A stretch of DNA of 64,000 nucleotides from Antedon mediterranea. Lineage: Eukaryota; Animalia; Echinodermata. Location of the stretch: positions 29,202,001-29,266,000 of the forward strand of contig NC_092674.1 of the NCBI RefSeq assembly GCF_964355755.1. The letters are read 5' to 3'. Positions 36,101 through 49,280 of this stretch are shown piece after piece. The number at the start of each line of letters is the position of its first letter. Position 1 is the first letter of the stretch. The notes below the pieces were generated by a model. The model worked only from the letters and a program-made list of their open reading frames with translations. It was not told the DNA's origin and did no database searches. Both the position numbers and the translations under genes were made by a program.

Positions 36101-39100
36101 TTGCCTCCTGATTTCACTTCAATGACCTCTTCAGTCAAAGACTGGTCTCCCATACAGCACAGTTGTAATCAGTGGTTGTGAGTGACAGTGACTGTGTGTG
36201 TATAGTACACCAGGGTACCCCCCTACTCGTCTCGAAAGTTGTACTAGGTTCTTTAATGTGTACACTGAACCTATAGTTTATAGTCCTTTTTCGAGAAGAC
36301 TTGTTTTACGACCAGAACCATGAATTGAGTGAGCCTCGAAACCTTGCCATTGTTATGGCGAATTACGGTTCTACTGTCTTAACCGCTCGACCACTCACTC
36401 GCATCACTTAAGTTAAGCACTTGGGTAGTGAAAAATCACTGTTTCAATAGACCAGTTTATCAGATGTATTACTTACCCAACAATAATAATTAAAGCCTAC
36501 CTAAATAAATCATTGTCATTCTCACTCTGCATGGAATATGTTGCTCTTCTTATATCGTCAGTGTTTATCTAAAATAAAATAAATTCAAAAAATAAATTAA
36601 ATGTTTTTGGATAGAAGGGAAATGCTTGTGTCCTATAGTTTCTCAGACAATCAGGAACCCTCAATAACAGATATACAAAATTCTGCAACCCAGATATTGT
36701 GAACCAGTTCAGAAGTCTGGTAAAAAAGATCTATTACTCACCCTAGCTGATCTTGAAGATGTCAGGAGCTCTTCCAACTCCTGCCTCTTCTGCCGTAGTT
36801 CTTCTTGTAAGATCTTGTGTCTCCTCATCTCAGCATAAATTTCATCTCTTGTCGGAGTTGCCAATCCTAACAAAATAAATAAAAGGACCCATTAGTTAAT
36901 AGGAAATGAAATCCTACCCTACCAAAAGATTATATTTAATTTTTTTTACAGAGCTTCTTTCCATAAACTACTGAAATACTTCTGAAAAAAATGTATTAAT
37001 TCCTACTCTAGTACTTCTTTTCCAAACAGCGAATATTCTAAAATGAACTTACTGTTTTCTTCCATTAGCCTAGCAGCTTGAAGAAGAGGATTGCCTGCCT
37101 GTACAGCAGTTGTCTTTTTAACAGGAATTGGTTTCTAAAACACATAAAAACATCGGCATCAAAATGTGTGTATGCATAAACTTCACAAAAAGTGATTTTA
37201 TAAACAATTTTTTTTTGTAAATAATAAATGTGGGAGAGAAAAGGAGAAAAAAAGAGAGTGAAAAAAATTAACCTAAAAACGATTGATACAATACAAGTAT
37301 TATAGAAGAAATGTCTTTAGTAAAAACTAGACTTAAATGTAGACTTACTGTTTTTGGTGCAGGCTTATCATTAAGATCTTTCAGTTGGTTCTGAACTTGT
37401 AGTAAACGCTGTCTTTCCTGCATCAGATTCTCCAACTCTTTCTTTTGCTGTTTCATTTTCACTTCATAGTATGCTTCCCTGAATAATTAGATAAAAACAC
37501 ACATATTAATATAACTCTTTCACATCGCTTAACAAAACACATGCGAGTTCTATTTTAACTTCTCACTAAAATGCATGTACAGAAAACATCAGTGAAGGAT
37601 ATTTGGCCTATGTAGCATTTAAAAGAAATAAGTGATCTTTAAAAATAAACTATGATCTTTACATACATCGGAATTTAAATACATCAGAGTGTGTGTAAAC
37701 TCAAGATTTTTGAAAAGGGAATAAATATGCTAACTGGTGTAAGGAACTATAACAATCCTAAGCTCTGTCTACTTTATACATTCACAACGCATGTTAATAC
37801 CTTGTTTGTTCAGTGAATGCACGCAAGCCCTCTGAACCACCAGCTACACTACTTTGCTGGTCAGACATTGCATCGTCATTGATACTCATGGATAGCTCAG
37901 CGAGGTCATCAGGTAGAGCACCAGCAAACTCAGGTGTGTGCTGCACCATGGCTACAAGATCTTGTAGTTGACGCAGTTTAGCTTTAGCAGTTTGAAGTTT
38001 TCTACAGTGATATAACAAAATATGTAATCAATTAATCTTTTACTGGTCTAATTTATAAAAAAAGAAATCACAAAATCTTTGTTAAGACTACACTGCAGTT
38101 TAAAATACATAAACAATGTTTAAAACAATAGAAAAGTACAGGAATATATAAAAGTTATAAAAATAATTTGTATACATAATGAACAAAATCTTGAATACAG
38201 TATATGCTTTATACAATGACTAATGGCTAATATAATATATATTATTTTATTTGACTTTGACTTGCACTGACAAAAGTTAGTGCTACCCAGAAGCTCCACA
38301 ATTTGTTACGACTGCTTTCCTTTATTGTTTTTATTTATTTTATTTTGCATCTCCATTGAGATAAAGTCACTGATACCCACAGCATTATCATTTTTTCAAT
38401 CCTTATTTTATTTGTATCTCCATTGAGATCCAGCCACTGATACCCACAACATTATCATTTTTTCAGTGCTTATTTTATCTACATCTTCATTGAGATCCAG
38501 CAACTGATAACCACAGCATTATCATTTTTTAAGTAATTACCTTTTGATTTATATATTATAATTTTTTTAATATTTTCATTGAACCTTACCTAACTTTTTC
38601 CCTTATTTCAGGGTCATCACCCCATCTTGCCATGATAGAGCTCTGGTTGCTCTCTGTCTCATCCTCTGTTGTAGTCTCACCCGTAGCCTCATTGTTCTCT
38701 GATGTCTCAGTATTTCCACTCTCACTCACATTATCCTGATCTTCATTATTATCATCTTCTTCCTCCTCATCCTCCTGTATTATTCAAATTATGAAATAAA
38801 GTTTTAATTAAATATATCAATATAAAATAAATCATAGTGGTGGTTAATATGCTTGCCTTCCAATCCCAAGATCCGGGGTTCAATCCTGACTTAATGCCAG
38901 GGTTGTAACTCACAGCTCTTTCAACTCCACTCCCTAAGCCCCAAATGAGATTATGCACTATAAATTACAAAATAGTTGATCTATCCTGTAATTGGCTAGT
39001 ATGATATAAAAATATAACATAAAAGGGTGTCTACTATTGGGAAAGCTAACAGCAGAACAATAATTATTGAATTTGAATTAAGTTATTTATGAGTTGAATG

Positions 39101-42100
39101 TACACAAATTAAACTTACAGCATTTATTTCACTGGAATTATGAGCTAGAATATTCTCACCACGTTGCAACCTCCTAAAAGATACAAGACAATTGATTATA
39201 CACATTTTAAATGTGATTTTCACTTCTACCACACTATCAAACTTTATGTAACAAAAAAATGTGATGTAACTCTATATGGACACAATGATTTTATCCAACT
39301 ACCATATTGGGGCACATCACTACCATATTTGGGCACATCACTACCCTATTGGGGCACATCACTACCCTTATTGGGGCACATCACTACCCTATTGGGGCAC
39401 ATCACTATCATATTTGAGCACATCACACTTTTTTATCAAACTAGTTTTATAAGTGTAGACAGAGATTAAGATGTCCATACCGTAAGTTAGACATCAACCT
39501 CTGGTCTTCAAAGTTGACAGAGGAGGCAGAAGGTTCCTGTTCAAGCATACTAGTAGCAGCATCTCCTGCCCCTGCTACGTCATCTTCTTGGGTAGCCTGG
39601 TAGTACTGCACCAGCTCACGTAGCTGGTTCAGTCTCTCACGCATTTCTTCAAGTCGCCTTTCAAAAAACAAAATAAATATAGTAAAATTAATGTTAGAGC
39701 TCAAATGTGTCAATGCTAAAAAGTAAAATAAATGTATTTATTGGACAAATAAATATATATCTTATCTTATCTATATCAAATATAGACCTATCTATATCAT
39801 ATTATGCTACAATTAATTAAATATAGTCTTATTCAATAAATGATCAAGGTTATTCAACAGTAGGTTGCATTGCAGCCCACTTGGCACGGTGTCCAAATCA
39901 CTAACTAACCTAAGTTTGTCTTCTGAGACTGCTTGCTGTGAGGTTTCAGATCTCGCATCTTCTGTTATTGACGTAGCTTGCGACACAACATCCAGAATAT
40001 TCATAGAACTTGTACTCATTGTATCGCCATCTGAAATAAAAACAGAAATAATAATATATTTTGCAAAAACTATTTATCAATTGACATCATTTGACAAGGT
40101 TTTTTAAACAGGGGAGAACTAACATAATAATAATATTAATAGTCTGCAAAAATGGATATCAACGATTTGTTGATAATTTAATTTTAGCAGTCAAAATGGG
40201 GGGAGCATACTCTCCTATCAATACCCCCTGGATCCACCCCTGTAGTCCTTTATTTCATTTCTAAGTACCAATGTCTTCATATTTACCATTGTTAAGTGTT
40301 TGAGGTCGGAGTCGCTTAAGCTGCACCAGTAAGTCATCCATTTGATCTTTCTTCTCTTGCAAGTCTTGCAGCTTATTTTGTAACTGCTCATGCTCAGAAG
40401 CCATAGCTAGCAGCTGCGACTATAAAGTGGAAAAAAACACAGATAAATTATTTTCTGACCAAAATGTGTTCTAGAAACTATCATTTAACATAAAGCTCTG
40501 TCTACACTATCAAACTTGTTTCCCAAATTTGGTAGAGATATGCCCAAATATGGTAGTGATATGACATCATCATGTCCATATATGAACACAACACATTTTT
40601 TTGTCGCGTAAAGTTTGATAGTGTAAACAGAGCTTTGACTTGCATAAACGAAGCAATGGAAATAAAAAATATCTATAAATATGTTACCTCTTGGGTTGAA
40701 ATCTTGGAAGCCATACCCTGCTGTTCATTTTCTGAAGCATTTTCACTTTCTTCACCAAATATTCTTTTTAAAGCTTCCTTGCGTCTTCGTGCCAATTCAG
40801 CGCTGGAAATAACTGTCTCTTCCAACTCACTGGCCGTCGCTTCAGTAGTAGTTTCTGAAACTTTACAAAAACAAGACACTTTTATTTTAAATATAGAATA
40901 TAGAAATCTTATATTTATAAACGGTATCATCCACATAAAGTTAGAAATTTCAATTTGACATCGAATACATTTTTGCATTTTTTTGTATTAAACTTTGTTT
41001 AATTCAATGAGAACAGCATAGACCAACATTCATAGGCCGTCAAAATGGCACATAATGTATTTTCCACAAAAAAAAAAAAATTGTTTCTGAATTTACCATC
41101 ATCATTGTCTTGATTTTCTTGCTCAGTCTTTAATAGCTTGCCCTCGATCTGGGCCTGGAATCTCAGTAAGGTTTGTTGTCGACTTTGAAGCGCCCTCAAC
41201 TAAATAAAAAAAGACATACAATGTTTACAATGGGGGAGAGAACAAGAGAATAGCAAATGAAGTTTTAAAATTATAGATTTAGAAGGCAGAATAAAATTAT
41301 TGATAAAACGGAATGTAATACATATGTGGACATGATGATAATATCACTACCATATTTGAGCATATCACTACCATATTTGAACACATCATACTTTTGTTTA
41401 TCAAACTAGTTTGATAGTGTAGACAGAGCTTTAAGCTTACCTCTTCCTGTTGCTGTAGCATTTTTTTTAGAAGATCATGTTGCTGCTTCAAACTAGCTAG
41501 TTCTTCCATTTGACCCATGTTTCCTTGACCCTGTAAATAACATCAATATAAAATAATAATATCAATTAATATCAATCCTCTTCCCACTAATATCGATAGT
41601 ATAAAGCTCGGTCTACACTATCAAACTAGTTTGACTAAGAAGTGTGATGTGCCCAAATATGGTAGTGATATACCCAAATATGGTAGTGATATGACATCAT
41701 CATGTCTATGGGCACATCAGTTGGATAGTGTAGACAGAGCTTAATACAATTCTGCATAAGCAATGCAATCATAATGTAATCAATCATTCATCCTGCTTAT
41801 GCATACAGAATACTTAATAGTGGAATATATTATTTTGACATAAAGAAAAAGCAGTATTCAAACGCATTGTGACATTTGACAAATAAATGCCTTCACAGTG
41901 TCACTCTCTCTTGGGAAATTTTGTGATTGATTTAGTGAGCATAAAACAGAAAGGTTATATATTTGTTGCCTCAAAGATATGGTACAATAAAGACAATTTC
42001 TAGCTAACTTGCTAAACATGAATTCTCTCAGTAGATCCTAAAATACTGTACTGTAATAATGAATAAAAATGTATTATGAATAACCTTTAACTCTAAACAA

Positions 42101-45100
42101 AACTTTAATTAAACCGAAAATAGATTTTTTTTTTAAATGGATATTTTGATTATAAAATGATAGGCTTCAATGTATATTCGATCTCACTAACAATTATATT
42201 TAAATCTCTCAAATCTCCAAGCATTAATAAAATAGCGAGAGGTGTATGATGAATCAAAAGCCAGATCAAATACAAAAATATGTATGCTAAAATATTAAGC
42301 ATGATAATAAAAAATCTCATCCTATATCATCATATGTTACAATTTTTATTTTTTTTTGTCTTTTGGATGTTAATAAATGTTCTTTGAATTTCAAAACTTA
42401 TTATTTCTTTAATTTACAATATATTTATGCCATGAGAATTCTCCTAAAAAAATTCTTATTGCATCCACAAACTAGTAACTATCCATGCATTAAACAGTTG
42501 TTAGGTTAAGCAATTCATGCAGAGTGAGCATGAATTAACTGATATTAAGATAATAATTAACTGACAAGTTGGCATCCAGGGGTGAGATTCACTTCAAATA
42601 TTTCCTTTCAATTAATGTATCAACAAAATATATAGCGGTATATCTTAAGCTCTGTCTACACTATCAAACTAGTTTACAAAAAAGTGTGATATGCCCAAAT
42701 ATAGTACTGATATGACATCATGTCTATATATAGGCACATCACTTTTTTTTGTCACATAAAGTTTGATAGTGTAGACAGAGCTTTATACTTAAAATACTAT
42801 TACAATCCTTATTCTTAGATTTTTTTCTTGAAATAAAGTAATTCAGTGCCATGCTATTGTGTTGCCATATACCTACTGTAGTGTACATTAGATGTTAGAT
42901 ATTAATATTAAATGTATGACACGGCAAGCATTATGAAATGTTAGTTTAGAAGATAAAATATTTGTTTATAAATTATTTATTAGTAAACAATATGCGAAAA
43001 ATATTTCAATTTGGAAATATTATGTACAAAATGCTGGCCAGGGTGTCTTTATCCAAGAAAGTAAGGAAGATGTTAAGCTCAGGCACACGATTTCATATTC
43101 TTTTTTTTAAATGTTACTCTATTTACAACATTTGTGTACAAAAGAATAGGGATTTCACTGTGTAATTTAAACTACCCCCCCCCCCCCAACTGCTGATAAG
43201 AAAGTGCTTATTTACACAAATATAATCCTAAAAACTATGAAACTGAGGGAAAACTATAGATCGATAATTATTTTGATTTCAACTAGCCTACATACAGAAC
43301 GGTAAATGAAGTACTGTACACCAATTCGGATGTCTAAAATCAGTAATTGTCATATAATAATAAAACAAAGAATGAAATGTTAACAACAAGCAACAAGCAA
43401 GTATTGTACAACCAAAATTAGTAACTTAAATTTCACCTAATATAATAAATTAAAGGTATAAGAAGAATTTTAGAAACATATTTCTTTGAAAAAAATTTCT
43501 TTTATGGTGAAAAAACATTCAACAATTAGAAACAAACACAAATGTATAACAATCATGGCTTAACCAGTTTCAAAATAAACTTTAAATAATACTTATAAAG
43601 CATGATCAATTTAATAATATTACTAAATGATGATAAAAGATGCATGCATGATTGAGCTACAGTAGGCTATCATTGTGTAAATCATCATAAAGGAAACATT
43701 GTCATCAGTAAATATAACCCCTGGATGGAACCACTCTGTCTGGAGCACTCTACCTCATCAATAATGCCATCTTCTAGAAAATATTCACCCTCACTCTCCG
43801 TCTGAGATCCGGCATGCCTCGACGAGTCACCATTAACAGCACCATGTTTATCGAGCACCTTTGCGGAATCATTTTTCTCGGAGGGAACATCTTCGTAACT
43901 TTTCAGCATTGCACTGAACTGACGGTGTAACTCCATCGTGTCCATACTCATGTACGAATCCGACAAGTTGCTATCGCCGGCATTTGAAGCACCAGAAAAA
44001 CTGCTGTGAGAACTACAGCCAGAGCGGGCGGACAAGTTCTGCTCCGATTCTGACTCGTACTCGATATCAGAAGAAGCATTGCCCAGAGTACTTTCTATTT
44101 GTGGTCTTGTGCGGGCTGTAAATGTCCCCTCCTTTGGCAACAATATTTAGCACAAAGTACAACACACATTTATAAATAAAAAAAAAACAAAGAATGTGCA
44201 ATAAAAACTTATGGAACTACTACTTGAAACTCTGTCTAATGGCCAAATATGGTAGTGATATTATACCCAAATATGGTAGTGATATGACATCATCATGTCC
44301 ATATATGGGCACATCACATTTTTTTGTCACAAAAAGTTTGATGGTGTAGACAGAGCTTAAAACAACAACATAATAAACTTCTTGATACAAATCACTTCTA
44401 TAACTATGTTAAGAATATAAATAAAATGTAACACTGTGCACAATTTTATTTGACTTTCATATTGCTAAAAAAAGTTCAAAGGTCAGACCAACAATTGTTT
44501 ACTACATGATTCTAATGGTCTAAAAAATATTTTACAAAAATATGTAAATATTTAAATCACAAAACCATCAACTATTCTTTAAATGGAGTTATTAATTGTA
44601 TTATGCTAATGAGGAAAGGAAAAGGCATTGTTTTTAATAAGATTACAAAGCAGGGTTTGATATACACACAGGCTATGGTAACAACAGGTGCTGTAGTACT
44701 TACCGTCGTAGCTTCAGAGATATCAGACTGGCCATCGATATTCAAAGACATGCTTTCTGCGGCCGAAGTCGCGAACGATTCACCAGAATTATTACTACTG
44801 CGGCCTTCATTGGTTGAGTCCTCGGCCAACATTCGTTGAAGAAGATCCATGTAGCCCTTCTCTTGGTCCCTCAAGTGGTCTTGGAGGCGCTTCAGTTTAT
44901 CTATGTTCTCATCTTTACCTCCGTCGGTGACACGTTGTAAGTTTGCCATCATAGACGTAGCCTGGCGCATGTAATCCTGAATAAAAGAGTGTGCAAAGAA
45001 ACTCACAAAAATACTTGGATATATGGAAGGTAGAACATAAATCGCTTACTAAAATAATAAAGTACTTACCCTTATTTGCATAAGCCTGCCAACAATCTGA

Positions 45101-48100
45101 TTTCTGTCTGGTTGCTGAAAAAACAAAATGTATTATTAAGTATATTAGAGAAAAACTAAAACATGGTGAAAGCTCTGTCTACACTATAAAACTATGTGAC
45201 AACAAAATGTGATGTGGCCATATACAGTACTGACTACATATCATATACCAAGCCCACACATTTTACACGGGTGTGAAAAACGCGCGACTCGCGTGTAATT
45301 AGGTACTAACAATACTGTCCATATTCACTCATGCATTACTGCATTGAGTAATTCAACTGCAGCGAACTGTATTTATAATTTGTTGATGTTTTGTACATAT
45401 ATATTATTATCACCAAACAGTCAATAACTGGAATTATAGTACAGGATAACAGCATTTTATATAACAAAATATAGGCCTGTTTGAAATTAAAAAAATCGAT
45501 TTATTTATCATAGTGCCATCATGGAGGTAAAAACCTCCATGATGCAATTATGTCTGTGATTGAAAATACTATTACTAGGCCTAGGAGGCCTAGTTTAGTC
45601 GGGAGTTTAGTATAGTAGGCTTACTACCGGGAGTACAGTACTACTATTCTAGGCCTAGTTTGCTTTCAGGGTTTGTTTATATATATTTTTAAGTCATATT
45701 TATTAAGTATTTGAGAAAACTCATTAAAAAAAACAAGGTAGAAAAGACCCAACAATATCTTTCAAAACACGATCGTCGCTGGTGGTACGCACCACGTTGT
45801 AGAGTTCATCCATTGAGTACACACAGTTTGCTAGGCCAAATAATAACATAAAGGTTTTACCATTCCCCGTCGGGGAGGAAAACATTTATATAGTATTACA
45901 ACACCAGTATTGACATGCATGTATTTAGCGCGGTAACTAATGTACACCCCTGTTACGGACTGGACCATTAATCGCTGAACGAAACCACGTTGGAGCGATC
46001 CTCCGCACACAGCCAGAGCGAGAGAGAAGCGAGGTCGAATAAATACAAGTTTTTACCATTTCCCGTCCAGGGGAAATCAGTTCTCTTATAATTACAGCCC
46101 TAATACCGTGCGCATATGTTTACGTTGATATTATTTAATTGCACACCTCATTTTGGACTGTACCATTTTCGGAACCTTGTTTTGTTTTCATTATAAACAT
46201 GGGCTGATGTCAGACAAATATCTGTTTTAAACGTCAATTTAGCAACTTATTAAGTCGTTTCATAAGCAGAGAATTTATAAAGCAAGTATACAATGCAGAC
46301 ATGTTAGATAGAAATATACTAAAAGACATTTAATAAACGTGTTAGAAGAATGTAATAATTTGACTTTCTACACCGAGCGGCGGAAAACCCATTCACAGTC
46401 ACAGTTATTTGAGCAAATACTGTACTTGGCCTAAAACACTAGCTCTGTATTTTAATTAATAAATAATAATACGACGTGAACTCTAAACAAAAACCCGATG
46501 AAAAACAATTTACATGAATTCTATAAACTTATTATTGTTGGCCTAACAATAGCGAAAAAATAAACTTTGTTACATACAGTAACGGGCGGGTTCAGATTAC
46601 ATATATGATGGTAGGCCTAAACAATAGAAACAAAACAAACTGATACCCACGTTTGTGTTGTCGCGGGCGTCGTACCGGGAGTTCCATATTTTACCAGTAA
46701 AAAGCTACAAAGTGATGACGTCATGGTCCACACGGCAAATACAGGCACGCGGCAATTACACATATTTTACACGCGCGACAAACGCGGGTTATGGTACATG
46801 ATTTGTAGTCAGTACTGTATGGACATGATGATGTCATATAACTACCATATTTAAGCATATCACTAACCTGTTTTGGGCACATAACATTTGTTTGTCACAT
46901 AAAGTTTGATAGTGTAGACAAAGCTTTAGATTATAAATTCTTTATACTCAATTGGTTAAATTTATACGCATTTTAAAAAGTTCTCATTAGTAAAATATCA
47001 TCTAATAATCAACCTGTACTTTTTCAAATACAAACATCATTTTGCAATTTGAGGAGGGCAATTTGAGATTTTACATAGATTATGAATTGTCTAATTTTTA
47101 TATGATTTATAAATAAATCTTCAGTTAGATTTCTTACCAAATCATTATTAACATTACTTTCAGCCCCAGAAGATTTCAAGCTGTCATGTCTAAGAGTGTT
47201 GGGTGAATTCAACAGCTCTTCATGTTGGGTTACATCAGTCATCCTCACACTTAGCTGCTGCCTTGCGTTGTTGATAGCAGTTGGTTCGTTCCTATCATGA
47301 TCTGGAATCTGTAAAATCAAGTAATTAAATCTATCAGTTGATCAATTAGATGACTCTTGACTCAAAAACAAAGGATAACCACAAGCGAATTCATTCACTA
47401 TCCTTCAGGGCGGCAATCACCATTCACAGGACAAACATATACACAAGATACTCTACATAAACAAAGTCTTATTAAAAGTCTTTGGGAGTGGAGTTGTAAT
47501 TTGTCATTAGTAAAAAATCATGACATATGACAGGACTTTAACCCAGGACTCTTGGATTGGTAGTCAAGCATCATAACCACCAAGAAACAACTCCACTACA
47601 AGCCACAACTCCAAGACAATTTATCTTTAATCAACTAACCTCCTCCATGTCACTAAAGCTAAGCTGTTGACGTAAAGTCTCCAGTACAGCTCGTTCTTTA
47701 GCTGATGTTGTGTACTTTGTACGTGGGAACGTGGCTGGTGTGTGTCGTTTAGCATCGTTATCACTCGTTGATGGCGATTGAAGGCCTGGTTGTTGACCCA
47801 ATTTGCCTTTCTCTTTGTTCTTTGATTTCTTGGGTTTATCGAATGGCCCATCAGCAAACATTGAACTTGGTTGCCACTAAAAAAAATAAAATCACAAATC
47901 ATCAGATTCTAAAAAACAGAATTCTTATTTATTAGTTAATTAATCTGTCCACCTAAAATGAACATTAGATTACTTTAGTTTATTTAGTGTTTTTCATTCA
48001 TTCATATTTGTTTAATGTTAAGATTAATGGAGTCAAACATAATTGCAGGACAGCTATAAAAATAAAACATTTAATTAAAATGACAATGAACTTTATTTAG

Positions 48101-48224
48101 TAGGTACATGATTTAAACGGAAGTTGACATCCATTGCTGTACGAGTACGATTTGATCTTGGTCCTCCTTGAAGTCTAGGCTCTGAAGATTGTCCCCGCTG
48201 CATGGGGAGACCCCCAGTCGCCAT
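27121..48224 (-). CDS. PCM1: Pericentriolar material 1 (centriolar satellite scaffold), about 36 coding exons
   Basis: Starts MATGG at 48224. Contains HTPATFPRTKY, LKQQHDLLKKMLQQQEELRALQSRQ, KLRQLQDLVAMVQ, ATWGSSTQ...PSDGIVQVEEEEEE and the PCM1_C motifs SLFEALRETIYSEVATLISQNESRPHYLIELFRELQMLNSDYLRQRSLYALQD, EFVRFFNKQLGSILQDSLSKFAGR, CGEDLLVDISEILFNELAFFRLMQDLD and EDLPPKL. Last exon 27121-27304 ends in TAA. Confidence 0.93.
27352..27516 (+). mobile_element. MITE family A copy
   Basis: Left TIR intact, right TIR degraded, two internal 21-nt subrepeats. Confidence 0.8.
28721..28840 (+). mobile_element. MITE family A copy, internally deleted
   Basis: AGCTCTGTCTACACTATCAAACT...TGTAGACAGAGCT. 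Confidence 0.8.
29426..29603. mobile_element. MITE family B (Harbinger-like), copy 2
   Basis: GGCCAATTTACACAGACGAGCGG...CCGCTCATCTGTGTAAATTGGTC in a TAA/TTA context. Confidence 0.75.
29944..30092 (+). mobile_element. tRNA-derived SINE family 1 (other copies near 22885-22960 -, 38836-38965 +, 47470-47600 -, 59550-59655 -, 61495-61620 +)
   Basis: Pol III A-box-like TGGTGGTTAA and B-box-like GAGTTCAATCC; body nearly identical to 38836-38965. Confidence 0.75.
31780..32090 (+). mobile_element. tRNA-derived SINE with a Deu/Nin-like core
   Basis: TGGCAGAGCGGTTAAG (A box), GGTTCGAGACC (B box), then GGACTATAAACCGTAGGTCC...TTAAAGATCCC, resembling the DeuSINE central domain. Confidence 0.6.
33465..33620 (+). 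mobile_element. Possible CORE-SINE remnant
   Basis: CCAGGCATAAATGAGTACCTGG resembles the CORE motif CCAGGTGTATAAATGGGTACC. Confidence 0.35.
35352..35533 (+). mobile_element. MITE family A, complete copy with TTA target duplication
   Basis: TTA|AGCTCCGTCTACACT...AGTGTGGACAGAGCT|TTA with three internal subrepeats. Confidence 0.85.
36040..36405 (-). mobile_element. tRNA-derived SINE with a Deu/Nin-like core, second copy
   Basis: Minus strand reads TGGTCGAGCGGTTAAG...GGTTTCGAGGC...GGACTATAAACTATAGGTTCAGTGTACACATTAAAGAACCTAGTACAACTTTCGAGACGAGTAGGGGGTACCCTGGTG. Confidence 0.65.
38345..38530. repeat. Three ~67-bp tandem repeats in a PCM1 intron
   Basis: CATCTCCATTGAGATCCAGCCACTGATACCCACAGCATTATCATTTTTT occurs three times with variation. 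Confidence 0.8.
39222..39465 (+). mobile_element. MITE family A copy with an expanded internal 21-nt array (about 6 units)
   Basis: (ATCACTACCCTATTGGGGCAC)n between degraded TIRs. Confidence 0.8.
40495..40634 (-). mobile_element. MITE family A copy
   Basis: Both TIRs present; internal sequence in reverse orientation. Confidence 0.8.
41606..41741 (-). mobile_element. MITE family A copy with TAA target duplication
   Basis: TAA|AGCTCGGTCTACACTATCAAACT...ATAGTGTAGACAGAGCT|TAA. Confidence 0.85.
42648..42782 (-). mobile_element. MITE family A, complete copy with TTA target duplication
   Basis: TTA|AGCTCTGTCTACACTATCAAACT...AGTTTGATAGTGTAGACAGAGCT|TTA with perfect 23-bp TIRs. Confidence 0.9.
45225..46817. 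mobile_element. 1.6-kb non-autonomous DNA transposon (Tc1/mariner-type ends) nested in a MITE A copy spanning 45171-46925
   Basis: TA|CAGTACTGACTACATATCATATACCA...TGGTACATGATTTGTAGTCAGTACTG|TA. Removing it plus one TA restores the MITE consensus CCATATATGGACATG. Confidence 0.88.
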
Positions 48225-48759
48225 ACCTGCTAAAATAAAATAATACAACGTAATACTAGCATTAGAGGTCTAGCTCAATTATAATACTTCTACTAATTTT
48301 AACTTAACTATAAAATAAACTAGGCCTAGGCCCTGCTAGGCCTAATCATTATTATTAAAATTTAAGGTTAAAAAAAGATATTATTAATATTATTTTTATT
48401 TAATTATTAATCTCATCCTAAATCATTCTTAAATATAATTATCATACATATTTGCATAGCCATATGTAGTCTAGCCTACAGTCTTTACTGTATTATTAGT
48501 ATACTATTGCAGCCGTCTAACGAAGGTCTGTATGTTGTAGCCCCTGTGAGTTTGACTGAACTGCTGTGAGTATATAGCAGCAGTACAGCCATTCGCGGCG
48601 GCAACAGTGCCATCAATCAAAATGTCGTCGGGCCGAGAGAGGGAAGGATAGCTTCACTAAACCATGACAACCAAGAAGAAGGAAACATGACTTCTTGCAA
48701 ACATGCACAAGTTAGCACTAAATAAAATAAAGATTAAAAGCATTCAATAACTAAACTCA

Positions 48760-49280
48760 CCTTTAAGCTATAAAATTTAGTATTAAAAACAATGCTTTGC
48801 ACTGAAAAAACTGAAAATGTGAAAATCAATATTTTGCGAGAAGACACCGACGAACGACGGAACGAACGACAGCCATCTTTCCGTGAACAGCGCAGGCGCA
48901 AGAAAAACGTACCTGAAAATTGGCGCATGTATATTTTGTTTTATAAATGTCTTTACTGCATCATTCCTTACACAAGTTAAACTAATCTCTTAAATGCATT
49001 ATAATAGCTTTAACTAAGATATTATTATATTCAATAAAGTGACAGATAGTACTTAAACCATGTATTATAGTTTAGAACTTCATTATTTAGCGGAGTACAT
49101 CAATGAGCAAATAATGATGGCGCGGAATAAATTATTAATCCTGATTGGTCAGAATTTGTGACCTGGAGACAGGTCATCGAAAAAGGATCAATTCATCTTT
49201 TCTTTTCGTACTTTGCCTGCCAAAACGATTCGTTTCTGCCTTCTTGGAGAAATTTAGGATCTCGCTTACTAGGCCTAGGT
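48760..49280. promoter_or_regulatory. Bidirectional promoter and non-coding first exons of PCM1 and TRAPPC2
   Basis: Minus-strand GTGAGT donor near 48760; CpG-rich patch with NRF1-like GCGCAGGCGCA near 48890; ATTGG box near 49144. Confidence 0.5.
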
